The position numbers and the translations under genes were made by a program. The notes beneath the pieces were generated by a model. That model saw nothing but the letters and a program-made list of their open reading frames with translations. It was not told where the DNA came from and made no database searches. From positions 1,488,001-1,552,000 of the forward strand of contig SMSO01000005.1 in the NCBI GenBank assembly GCA_004764695.1: a DNA stretch of 64,000 nucleotides, given 5' to 3'. This DNA comes from Schizochytrium sp. TIO01 (Eukaryota > Protista > Bigyra: Labyrinthulomycetes). Positions 1 to 10,256 of the stretch are shown piece by piece (within the stretch, counting starts at the first letter, position 1; every line of letters starts with the position of its first letter).

Positions 1-1
1 G

Positions 2-1966
2 GGCTGCCTAGGAGCAGTCGCCGCAGTGCTACTCACTGCTTACGATGCTACTGCAGCTTCTGGCAATGCATTTACTTGCAATCCCCGCGACATCGTTATG
101 CTGGTTGATGAGACTGGCATGACGAATAGTGAGTTCAAGAAGGTAGAAATCCTTGCGAAGGCTGTAATTTCAGACTTCAACGTTGGAATTGGCAGCGATG
201 ATGACCGTTTTGCTCTATACGGCTTCACAAATGAAATCACGCACGAATTCAACTTTGGCTCTATCAAGAATGCCAACAAGCTGAAGAAATTCATCAAGAA
301 GCTCTCTCCAATCAGCTACGGCGTCGCTAGTCTTCCTACGGCATTGGAGCATGCCCTGGAAAAGTTGAACAAATTTGGACGCGATTCGGCCCAGAAGGTT
401 ATCATCGTCGTCTCAGGAAGCTTCTATGAGATTCCCTCTGACCAAGCATCTGTCGTCGGTGTTTGTGATAACATTGCCGCCATTGGCGATCTGACGGAAG
501 ATTCTTTGGCTGAGTGCGTGGAAAACTTCTTGGACGAGGCTATGGATGACGAGGTTATCATGATTCATGTCCCTACATCGGCTCCAGCAGGTGACGACAG
601 TGTCCAAGAAGTTACCACTTCCGCTGAAGCCAACTACGCGACTTGCCCCGGTCACCCTACGGCTAGCCCTACCACCAGCTCGCCCACTGTAAGCCCTACC
701 ACCAGCTCGCCCACTGTAAGCCCTACCACCAGCTCGCCCACTGCGAGCCCTACCACCAGCTCGCCCACTGCGAGCCCTACCACCAGCTCGCCCACTGCGA
801 GCCCTACATCTGCGCCCACTCTAGACACCAGTTGCTACGTTTGGGGAAAGAAGTACACTAGCACGATCGGCATTACAGGTGTTAAGAACCCGACCAAGAA
901 AATCAGATCTTCTACAGCATGTGGCGAGTTGTGCTTTGAGACAGATGGGTGCGAGTTCTTCACTTACCAGGTCAAAGGCAAGAAATGCTACATGTACTCA
1001 GCTGCAGGATCTTCGGCAAACAAGAAGGTGACTAGCTACGTCTCAGGTACCAAATCCTGCGAGACCCGCTCTGTTGAGGGCACTACTGCTGCGCCAACTA
1101 CTGCTGCGCCAACTACTGCTGCGCCAACTACTGCTGCGCCAACTACTGCTGCGCCAACTACTGCTGCGCCAACTACTGCTGCGCCAACTACTGCTGCCCC
1201 AACTACTGCTGCGCCAACTACTGCTGCGCCAACTACTGCTGCGCCAACAATCTATTCACTGGAAAACGCGCTCATTGCAGATGAAATCACTCTGTCTTCG
1301 CCGTACTCCGTGAGTTTCAAATTTACTCTCAACGCCATTAACGATGTAAGCCCTCAGGCTATCATTCATCGCGGTAAAGCCAAGACCAGCAAGAACTTAT
1401 ATCATCGTCAGCCAGCGGTCTTTGTTTCCAAGGGTAAGCAAACCCTTTTGTTACGCAGCAATGTAAATGGCGGCAAAAATAATGGAGAAGGTTGCGAAAC
1501 AACCATTGCGCTAGACTTTGGAGTGGAGTACCAAATCAAGGTCTTTGTGGAAGAAGGCAATGTAATGCAGCTCTGGATCAACGATGACCTTGGTTGCCAA
1601 GTTGAAACCTCAGGATCGCTAAATGACATGGATACTGCCTACCCGCTCTATACTGGAGGCTTTGATGGCTTCCCAACCGCACATGGTACTGTCTCCGATG
1701 TGTCTTGGGATATTGTTTCCGATGAAGACTCTGAAGATAGCACCGGAGACGAGGACTCTGAAGATAGCGCCGGAGACGAGGACTCTGAAGATAGCACCGG
1801 AGACGAGGACTCTGAAGATAGCACCGGAGACGAGGACTCTGAAGAGAGCACCGGAGACGAGGACGCTGAAGAGGGCACCGGAGACGAGGACTCTGAAGAT
1901 AGCATCGGAGAAGAGGACGCCGAAGGCGAAAACCTTCTTCGTAGATTTCTTCGTAGATTTCATTGA
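2..1966 (+). CDS. Secreted adhesin-like protein (5'-partial): vWA domain, S/P/T mucin stalk, PAN/apple domain, TTAAP stalk, LamG/ConA-like domain, acidic repeat tail
   Basis: Frame is open from base 2 ([13 protein letters not shown], end of a signal-like peptide), so the start lies upstream. [17 protein letters not shown] and KVIIVVSG fit v[24 protein letters not shown] fits PAN/apple. YSVSFKF and LWINDDL suggest a LamG-like fold. Confidence 0.75.
   Translation, partial: GCLGAVAAVLLTAYDATAASGNAFTCNPRDIVMLVDETGMTNSEFKKVEILAKAVISDFNVGIGSDDDRFALYGFTNEITHEFNFGSIKNANKLKKFIKKLSPISYGVASLPTALEHALEKLNKFGRDSAQKVIIVVSGSFYEIPSDQASVVGVCDNIAAIGDLTEDSLAECVENFLDEAMDDEVIMIHVPTSAPAGDDSVQEVTTSAEANYATCPGHPTASPTTSSPTVSPTTSSPTVSPTTSSPTASPTTSSPTASPTTSSPTASPTSAPTLDTSCYVWGKKYTSTIGITGVKNPTKKIRSSTACGELCFETDGCEFFTYQVKGKKCYMYSAAGSSANKKVTSYVSGTKSCETRSVEGTTAAPTTAAPTTAAPTTAAPTTAAPTTAAPTTAAPTTAAPTTAAPTTAAPTTAAPTIYSLENALIADEITLSSPYSVSFKFTLNAINDVSPQAIIHRGKAKTSKNLYHRQPAVFVSKGKQTLLLRSNVNGGKNNGEGCETTIALDFGVEYQIKVFVEEGNVMQLWINDDLGCQVETSGSLNDMDTAYPLYTGGFDGFPTAHGTVSDVSWDIVSDEDSEDSTGDEDSEDSAGDEDSEDSTGDEDSEDSTGDEDSEESTGDEDAEEGTGDEDSEDSIGEEDAEGENLLRRFLRRFH
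665..820 (+). repeat. Coding tandem repeat, 27-nt unit ([10 protein letters not shown]), 5 full copies plus a partial
   Basis: agccctaccaccagctcgcccactg(ta/cg) starts at 665, 692, 719, 746 and 773. Confidence 0.95.
1082..1246 (+). repeat. Coding tandem repeat, 15-nt unit (TTAAP) x11
   Basis: actactgctgcgcca repeated, nearly perfect. Confidence 0.95.
1721..1925 (+). repeat. Coding tandem repeat, 27-nt unit (GDEDSEDST), about 7 copies
   Basis: ggagacgaggactctgaagatagcacc and variants. Confidence 0.9.
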
Positions 1967-3499
1967 GAGGCTTGACAGATGCGGTCTTTGCGATTAGCGT
2001 TTTGATCCATTTGCTTCTCAGTTTGTGTCAACATGCGGGATAGACTAGAAACTTAAGTTTGCTCTAAAGCGAGCATACAATTTGGCCATTCCTGTGCCAT
2101 ATGTTTGTAGCGGGTCCCACGGCTTACACATAGTTCGTCTTAGATTTCGTTGTGTTTCTAAGTTCCTAAAACGATAATAAATTTGGAAATTGTCTTTAAC
2201 TTGTACCGAAAAGCAGATTCCAGCAAACTGTAAACACTGACTTACAGCGAGTTCATTTGTATGTATGTACATTAACTTTCAAATTTATTTTTTCAAAGAA
2301 AGGAAAATAGAATAAATATAAGAACCTATTTTGATGAATAGAGATCCTGCTCTTAAATAATCAAGTTTATCAAAGTGATTTTTTTCAAGGCGGTATTCCT
2401 CAAAGGTCCCATGAAGTTTGATGTGACCGTTAGATACTTATCTAACATATTACGATATCATCTCTTATAAAGAAGAAATTGATGGTCTATCACTTAATTG
2501 TTGGTGAGCTCTTGCGCAGGATATTAGGTGAACATTCTCGGGGGGTATGGTCGCATGCGTGAGCATGCCTGTGGAGCTTTTGCTGAATTGATGTAATTAT
2601 ATACACCTATTTCTTCATCTCTTTTGATACATTTAAAGTCGGGTCAAATATATCATCTAACTTAAGGAAGCTACCCTATGTACTGTTGGACAATTGTAAA
2701 AAACACCCTTTAATGTCTGTTTTGATTCTGTAGGTCTCGCAGGGTATAACTATTTATGTGTGTAACATCTATGGAATTACAGGGAATACAGTGGTACCCG
2801 TCTCTGGACCTTCGTGCCAACAAGATACTTGACACTAGATTCTATGAAATCGACAATGCCGTCACGGTATAGTCTGGTCTAGGAGCGAACTTGAAGAGAG
2901 TTAACCTGGGAAGGAGAAGTATTAGAGATAAAGAGGAATAGCCTATTATCTGTCGCCAATGTGGTGAGAAGCAAGTTGATTTATTGACATAAACTGATTA
3001 AATGTTCTTTGTGCAGGCAGAGACAATAGCTAGAAGTCCATGATAAAAGGCCGCCATGTCTTCTAGTTTTCATTCGTGAGAGCAACGCGGCAATTCGATG
3101 ACATTTTCTCCATCCCAACAAACTCGCGTGAGTCAAGAACTCACTATGTAGATTAATGTGTTGTTGCTGTATGCGAACATATGTAGATCCGATTGTCTAA
3201 CTCAAGAACTGCTGACAAAGCAGTAAGGTCTTGGCTGCCCCGTTCCCTCAGACAGACTGTTTAAGAAATGATCGTTATAGGTTTTCTTTACTCAACGATT
3301 CTAGAAGTGAAGTGCTTGAGCAGCGCATTTCTGATACAATTAAAATTTTAATTATAAATATATATGAATATATATAATATCTACATATAGATAAACAGAA
3401 TTGTAAAGTACAGCTTTTCCATTCTGCTTGCTTGCTTTCTTGTGCTTGCACAGGTTGTCAGACTCATCTAGGCGGCAACTCCTACCCAAGAGCGGTACG

Positions 3500-6163
3500 A
3501 TGTACCAGGAGGCTTTCGCTGAGGCTCTTCAGAGCTTCCACGAGCACCTCATTGCTGGTGCCCTTTCGGATGCCTTTGCAGCTCTACTCCAAATTGCCAA
3601 TATCGACGCTCGATTTGCTCACGAATCAGACTCTGGTTTAGACAAAAGCAGTCCCTCCGTCGCTTCACAAGACTCACCCCACATTCGTGGAGCTCTCTCT
3701 AGTCCCTCTGCGTCTCGTCGTGGTCTAAGCTCTGCTGCAGAGAGAGGCTCTAGCCATCGTGAAGGAGACCCAGGAAACCAGCTGGACCATCCCGAACACT
3801 ATCATAAGCGCGACGAAGAAGCTCGAACTGCGCTCGGAGAGGTCGTGATCGCGAGCGGTGTGAAGCTTTGCGGCGCTGTGGAGAAGGAACTTGAAGCCCT
3901 GGTGGAGTCTAGAGTGAACGCCGCAGAACTTCTTAAAAAACGACGTCAAAATGCTCGGGAGGAGGCCTTGAGGCTACAGAGATCTAGACAAAGATCTCGA
4001 AGACAATTTAGCGCAGGTATGTCTTCGACATCAGTGCCGACGTCTTCGCAAGCCGAAGCAAGAGCTAAACTTGTTGAGCAGAGCAGACGACACAAACTGA
4101 GAGAGCAGCGCAAAGCAGAAGCCTCCAGAGAACAACAAGATATGGCCATGCGAAGGCAAATACAACGTGAAGAAGAAGACTTGCCCAGGTTGAAAAGAGC
4201 AGCCGAGTTGTGCAGACTTGCAGAATCACTACGCGTGGTCATGGTAGGTATCGAAAGTCAAGGAATTGTGGGCACCCAACCGCGGAAAGACACTGTGACC
4301 CAAGATCAAAACTGTGCAGACAAGAGTGGAGCCAGTCGAGCCCTAGAGCTGTATTCAGTTTTAGTCTGTGCAGGGCTAGACGAGCGATGCGAAGCCGTGC
4401 TTGAGGAGCTCAAAGTGCACAGAAACCTAGCTAGTCGCACGACAAGCTTTGCAACGCAGGTGGACTCGTCGGAGGACGACCCTTATCTTGGCGCTTTGTC
4501 AAATATTCTCTTGTACGCCGACAGTTTAATCGAGAAACTCATTTTGGGTGAGTATGCGGTGGCTTCCTCGGAAACAGCTCATGAACTTGCCACAAAGCCT
4601 ATAGCAGAGCGTGTTGAAGCCAAGACAAGCGAAACTCTTGTTTTTGTGCTCAATGCATTCTTCAAGGATCGACGCATCGATACCTGGGTGAAGCTCGCAT
4701 GTGAGAGTCGCCAACCCCTCTCTGAAGTTCAGGTTGCAGACCTTGATCAGCTTCTTCATGACCTCATGCAAGCACAACAGTACTGCGGACACTTCACACG
4801 AATGTTGTCATCACTAGGTGTTCTAGATCCTGCCCGTTTGGCTGAGGGTGGCATTGCTGAGAAGCAAGTCGACCTTGCCTCAGCCTACATCCGACTCGAA
4901 GAGGCATGGCTCTCAGCATGCTTGTCCAAGGCACGTGCAATAGCAGACGTGACTGGCGAAGGCCAAGACTGCGTCAACTCACTTGTCAAAGACACCTTCT
5001 ACATTGTGAGAAAAGGATTTGCCCGATCAGTGTATACGGAAAATAGCCAGTCATGCTCTGCCATGGCCAATCATATATTTCGCCTAATTGAAGATGAATA
5101 CTCAACAGCTATTAAAGCTATCCTTAGCGGTGCAGAACAGCACGCTGGTACTGCCGTCTCATCAGGCGTATCGCCTGCGCATCATGGTAGCAATGGTAGT
5201 AAAGTTGAAGGTGCGAATGGCAATGACGAAGAAAACAATGTACACGTGGATTTATTCGCTGCTGCGCTTGACGGTGATATCCACGGTACAACAGCCCTCG
5301 ACTCGCCTTTATTGATTGCAATTAACACTATTGAACTCAGCAGCATTTTCATGAATGATCTTGTAAACGAAATGCAGCACGAAATTGCGGCGCGCTTTCC
5401 TGATCAGCTCATTCTAGTTGATATGGCATTACAAGGATTGCGCGAAACTGCTAATGAGCATAAGGCTTTGCGCACACAAGCCTTAGAGGAAGTTGTAACC
5501 ACTTGTTTTCAATCTATGTTTTTGTCTGCTGCGGATGTAGGTGTTAATACCATGACCTATGTAGTGAATAACCAAACCTATGAGCTTTATGAGCGCGAGG
5601 ACCCATTTGTATCCAAGTTTGTTGAAAACGAGATCGAGCAATCACGCATCTTCAAGAAATGCCGTACGTATTTATCACGGCCTAACTTTATAGCCCTCCT
5701 GGGTCTGGTGGCCAGGGAAGTCGCTAAGGCCTGGGAAGCTGCGCTGGTGAAGCACCAGGAATTCAATGATCTAGGTGCACTACGGCTTGCTGATGAGATC
5801 CGCGCGATGATGTCTTTACTTAGAGATCTTTATCTTTCACATGACGAGCGCGAACAAGCCGAGTTTCATCCTGAACTCCTTGAGCATTTCGCAGAGGAGC
5901 GCGACCAGTACACGCAACAGATTCGTAAGCATTTTGCTCGTCTGCTGCAAATGTCTTTCCTTTTAAGCCTCGAACTCACATCACACGTTGAGCTTGTTGC
6001 GTGCCCATTTACACCTGTGCTCTCTGAGGATCAGGTTCGAAGGGTTCTTCGCCGGCGGGTCCCCCCTGAACCAGGAGTTGATATTCGACAGCTCGACGTT
6101 TCTGCACACGTGGCGTCAAACGGAGAGCATATGCCTACTATAGCATTACCGCCCATGTCTTGA
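3500..6163 (+). CDS. COG4: Conserved oligomeric Golgi complex subunit 4-like
   Basis: LVKDTFYIVRKGFARS..SQSCSAMANHI, YELYEREDPFV and FNDLGALRLADEIRAM match COG4 conserved blocks. First ATG is at 3500. The N-terminal part is divergent and coiled-coil-like. Confidence 0.8.
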   Translation: MYQEAFAEALQSFHEHLIAGALSDAFAALLQIANIDARFAHESDSGLDKSSPSVASQDSPHIRGALSSPSASRRGLSSAAERGSSHREGDPGNQLDHPEHYHKRDEEARTALGEVVIASGVKLCGAVEKELEALVESRVNAAELLKKRRQNAREEALRLQRSRQRSRRQFSAGMSSTSVPTSSQAEARAKLVEQSRRHKLREQRKAEASREQQDMAMRRQIQREEEDLPRLKRAAELCRLAESLRVVMVGIESQGIVGTQPRKDTVTQDQNCADKSGASRALELYSVLVCAGLDERCEAVLEELKVHRNLASRTTSFATQVDSSEDDPYLGALSNILLYADSLIEKLILGEYAVASSETAHELATKPIAERVEAKTSETLVFVLNAFFKDRRIDTWVKLACESRQPLSEVQVADLDQLLHDLMQAQQYCGHFTRMLSSLGVLDPARLAEGGIAEKQVDLASAYIRLEEAWLSACLSKARAIADVTGEGQDCVNSLVKDTFYIVRKGFARSVYTENSQSCSAMANHIFRLIEDEYSTAIKAILSGAEQHAGTAVSSGVSPAHHGSNGSKVEGANGNDEENNVHVDLFAAALDGDIHGTTALDSPLLIAINTIELSSIFMNDLVNEMQHEIAARFPDQLILVDMALQGLRETANEHKALRTQALEEVVTTCFQSMFLSAADVGVNTMTYVVNNQTYELYEREDPFVSKFVENEIEQSRIFKKCRTYLSRPNFIALLGLVAREVAKAWEAALVKHQEFNDLGALRLADEIRAMMSLLRDLYLSHDEREQAEFHPELLEHFAEERDQYTQQIRKHFARLLQMSFLLSLELTSHVELVACPFTPVLSEDQVRRVLRRRVPPEPGVDIRQLDVSAHVASNGEHMPTIALPPMS

Positions 6164-6388
6164 ATAATACGTTAAAAGTTACCCATGGAAAACTAGCAAC
6201 CTTGCCTAGTTATATCCAGATAATTCTATGGAACAAGTGCAACCCCTATTAGCTATCAGATATATGTCCCACTACTTCATAACGCTGGAACCTCGGCCCT
6301 ATCTAGAAAAGCAGATTTCAATCAGTATTTAAAGTTCCTTTTTTTCAAATTGCAAGTTTGTACCCAATTCAGCAAATTGCCTTTTTTT

Positions 6389-6407
6389 GGGGGGGGGGGG
6401 GGGGGGG
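6389..6407 (+). repeat. Poly-G tract (19 G) between convergent genes
   Basis: Direct reading. Confidence 0.9.
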
Positions 6408-6765
6408 ATTTCGATGTCTAGTCATTGAAGCAAAAATGACTCCATCCTAATTTTTCAAAGTTGATTTCTTTACAAGGTTCAAAAAAATGCTAGAATTGGA
6501 GAATTACACTAAAATCTACGAAACCCGAAATTTCTAGTGAATTGCATTATACAAACAGATTGGGATAGAGTGGTGTCACGAATAGAATAGATGTCGACAC
6601 TAACATACAGGCGCATGGTATGCGCATGCTGCAATCTCGGTGCAAGCGAAGCATCGCTATATTTCCTAGTGATCGAAGAAGATATTACCATACCAGCAAA
6701 ACCAATACAAAATACAAAATACAAAACAGACAACCATTTCAACACAGTGGCTTTAGGTCCAATCT

Positions 6766-7914
6766 TTACTTGGGCAGAGTTGGACGCAAGGCATCTTGAG
6801 ACAGTTTAGTGAACTCCGCTTGGCCATCCAGAAGACGCTCAACAAAGCTCACGAGTATGGCTGCTGAGTCCGTACTAAGTGGGGCACGCAATCTTGCGAG
6901 ACTTTTGTGCGAAGGCCTAAGGGCAAAGACAGCATCAACATCATTTCTGATATCAGTACTAGAGTGTCCGTCTGCCCAAGGGATTTGTGAACATAGAAAG
7001 TCCTTCCAGGCCTTATATCCAGTCTCACCAAGTACTGGCCTAGATAATGCCCTGAACATGACCTTATCAGCACGATACTTCGCATTCAAATCAGCTACCC
7101 ACCTCGCCACGGGTGCTGCAAGTCCTTGGCCATCCACCATAGGTTTTTGCGTGAGCACGACAACAATGAAGGGTTTTGAGGGTCTATCTAAGTCAATTTC
7201 ACGTAGGTGCCATGCAGATACCGAAACGTGTGCGCCATTGGGCCTATCCTGAGTTCTGTTTTGCTGGTGTTGCTGCCCCTGCTCTCGCCTTTGACGACGC
7301 TCCTCGTGCGCTGCACGCATGGCCTCAGGATTGGTAAGGTATTGCACAAAATAATATACTGCGAAACTGATGAAACCGGCTAGAGGCAAATTCCCAACCA
7401 GCATAGCCAGAAATTGTGCGTAGAGTGGCATGCTCTCAAACCTCTGCTGATACTGTTGTTGCTGTTGCTGCCTATACGCATTATACTCTTTAAAGTTCTT
7501 AAAGTTGGCCTGGTACCTCGCATCGTGGTGGTAATATTGCTGTCTCCCATGTGAGAAACTAGCGTCATTTGCACGGTATCTTGCGCCCCCAGAGCTGTAG
7601 AACCCGCGAGAATAGCCTCCTTCGTCCTGTAGAGCTGCTTGGCGTCGCTTTGCTGGGTCCGAAAGTACCTCATGAGCCTCGGACACACGAAGAAACTTTT
7701 CTTGCGCAGACGGGTCTTTGTTGCGGTCTGGGTGGTATATTTTAGCCAACTTTTTATAGGCGTTTCGAACATCTTCTTCAGATGCTGTCGGAGCCAAACC
7801 TAGAGTTTTATAGTGGCCCGAGAGGCCTGCTTCTACTGCAGAAAAGCTCAAGAGTAGCACCAAAATTGCAGACACTGACAGCACGCTCTGACGCCATGAC
7901 ACGAAACGGACCAT
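6766..7914 (-). CDS. DnaJ (Hsp40) family protein with signal peptide and a transmembrane segment, ER-type
   Basis: HYKTLGL..YKKLAKIYHPDRN..AQEKF..AHEVLSDP is a J-domain with HPD. Hydrophobic N-terminus; TM segment FLAMLVGNLPLAGFISFAVYYFV. Confidence 0.85.
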   Translation of the reverse strand: MVRFVSWRQSVLSVSAILVLLLSFSAVEAGLSGHYKTLGLAPTASEEDVRNAYKKLAKIYHPDRNKDPSAQEKFLRVSEAHEVLSDPAKRRQAALQDEGGYSRGFYSSGGARYRANDASFSHGRQQYYHHDARYQANFKNFKEYNAYRQQQQQQYQQRFESMPLYAQFLAMLVGNLPLAGFISFAVYYFVQYLTNPEAMRAAHEERRQRREQGQQHQQNRTQDRPNGAHVSVSAWHLREIDLDRPSKPFIVVVLTQKPMVDGQGLAAPVARWVADLNAKYRADKVMFRALSRPVLGETGYKAWKDFLCSQIPWADGHSSTDIRNDVDAVFALRPSHKSLARLRAPLSTDSAAILVSFVERLLDGQAEFTKLSQDALRPTLPK

Positions 7915-7944
7915 CCCCAGCAAACAAAGGTTCTATTCTGTCGT

Positions 7945-8078
7945 CACAGCAGCAGCAGCAGCAGCAGCCCTTGAGCACCCGCCCAATTAATATGCTAGAC
8001 TCTGTTGCAGTGGAGGTGGAAATAGAAATAGAAATAGAAATGGAAAGGGAAAGGGAAATAGAAATAGAGATGGAAATG
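7945..8078 (+). repeat. (CAG)n and (GAAATA/GAAAGG/GAAATG)n simple repeats upstream of the DnaJ gene
   Basis: Direct reading. Confidence 0.8.
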
Positions 8079-9553
8079 GGTGTGGCGATGCATTTGTACA
8101 CTAGGTATAGTAGTTTTCTAAGAAGGCTTCAGTACATCACGAGGTAGAATCAGCTAGTAGCTAAAGGTAATTCGCCTCTTCAACGCGACAGACAGTCTGT
8201 CTGTCTCTAGAAGAGAGTACACAAAACGCCTATGCACCTGCTACGCTAGGCGCCTTAGAGCTTGCCTTAATAGCAGATACCTCTAGAGGTGGTCTGAGGT
8301 GTAGTACCATTACTTTTCAAGAGTGCACACGGAGCAGACCTCCCATTGCCTGACTTCTCTGCGGATATACACAATCACGTTGCGGCATGCGATGAATGCT
8401 ATGGGCATTGCTTGTTCAATTCACGAAGAAGAAGTTCTCCTAAGCTTGCTCATGCTCTTCGGGGCTGCGATGGGCTAGCAGCACTGGCAAACTCGTGTCG
8501 CTTACGAGTCTCGCATATCACCACAAATTGCTCTCACGTGGCAGAAGCTTCACAAGTTGGGCAGGGACTCAAGCCCAAGCAAGAGAAGCCATCGCTTTGG
8601 TGGCATTTTGGACCACCACAAAGACGTGGAGAGCGAATAGTCATGGCGAGGGTGTCGTCTGTTACTGTTGCGGAGGTCAGGTTGATCAGAACGCAGGTAC
8701 TGAAATGGTTTAGAAAAAGGGAATTGCGTGAAGGCTTGGTGTGGTTCTGTTTGTCTATTGGAAATAATAATGGTTTGAGGGTTTGTCGTGCACATACGTT
8801 CGAAATAGTACCTAAACAACAATGCATTTCGATAGATCCTTGAATGTGACCTGATGTTTCGGGGTCGATACAATTAAGATTGACATTATTTTTTATCTTA
8901 AAAAAAGAAAAAGAAAAAAAAAGAGTCATATCATGGGTGATTGATTTGGCTTGAGCTTCCATCCAAGCTAGAAGATTCTATCCCATTACCTCTGGCTGGT
9001 GAGAGAGAAAATTCGCTGCGAGGAAGACCCAAAATTGTTTTTTCTATTGGATTAACAAGAAACAAGAGTTTTGTGTATTTAATTTCATATCTTTTGTTTA
9101 CCTTCTTTTTTTAGAGCTTCATTCCATTTCATAAACACTGAAGCCCTTGCTCTCAGGTCCTCGGTAGTGCAAAACAGACTTGACCTGGCGAGAAGCACAA
9201 TCTACGAACTGGTTGCGCTTGGGAGACGTGGCTCCGAACTTTGCAGAGTAAATTATGCTCAATACCAAATGCCACCCCAAGCCATCGTCCGTATCGAAGA
9301 GGAATTCTGCGCAGTCCTTGCGGAGTCACTTCTGACCGCAACGCAAAATCGCAAACTATGGCGAACGAACTAAGTCACCAACTCAACAACGTCTCGGTCG
9401 GTCTCTGGTGCGTGCAGCAAACTCGGCGCAGTTTCTTTCGGGAGCACTCGTGATGGTTTCACAGGTGGCCACGAGACTATGGAGCTTCAGCCGTGCCTTC
9501 GATCGATGGCACACCTGCGTCTTCGGCCGGCATCGCTAACCTTTGGCTTCGTG

Positions 9554-9680
9554 ATGAATGAATGAATGAATGAATGAATGAATGAATGAATGAATGAATG
9601 AGTCAATGAATGAATGAATGAATGAATGAATGAATGAATGAATGAATGAATGAATGAATGAATGAATGAATGAATGAATG

Positions 9681-9751
<71 letters not shown>

Positions 9752-9832
9752 GAATAAATGAATGAATGAATGAATGAATGAATGAATGAATGAATGAATG
9801 AATGAATGAATGAATGAATGAATGAATGAATG

Positions 9833-9865
<33 letters not shown>

Positions 9866-9945
9866 ATCAATCAATCAATGAAGGAACGAATGAATGAATG
9901 TATGTATGAGTGTATGTATGTATGAATGAATTTATGTATGAGTGT
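9554..9945 (+). repeat. Compound microsatellite of alternating (GAAT)n and (CAAT)n blocks, decaying to (GTAT)n
   Basis: Direct reading. Confidence 0.95.
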
Positions 9946-10256
9946 ACGTATGCATAGGTCCACACTAGTGGGCACCTAGGCACGATTAGCCATCTCCACA
10001 TCAAAATGAACGATTCTAAGCAGTCGTAGCAATTGCTTCGATAGTTTACTTACCTGGCATTCACTTGGACGAGGAACTCCAGCGTCCGGGGAGGACTCAC
10101 CTTTCACGAGCAATCGCACAAGCAAGAGTCATCACTTACCCCTGCTGCTCGCAAGGAGCTTTGCTAGCTTGATACGCAGCACTTTGTGCAGACCTTGGTG
10201 TCTGCTGTCGATTCCTCTCCACCGACAAGTTCCCACGTTCAACTCAGGCGTCCCCG

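Noticed and set aside
1074-1997. Alternative-frame and antisense ORFs ([13 protein letters not shown] and RVLVSGA repeats)
   Set aside because: By-products of stop-free coding tandem repeats.
8641-9373. Possible small two-exon gene
   Set aside because: The plausible donor/acceptor combinations I tried give early stops, and there is no recognisable homology.
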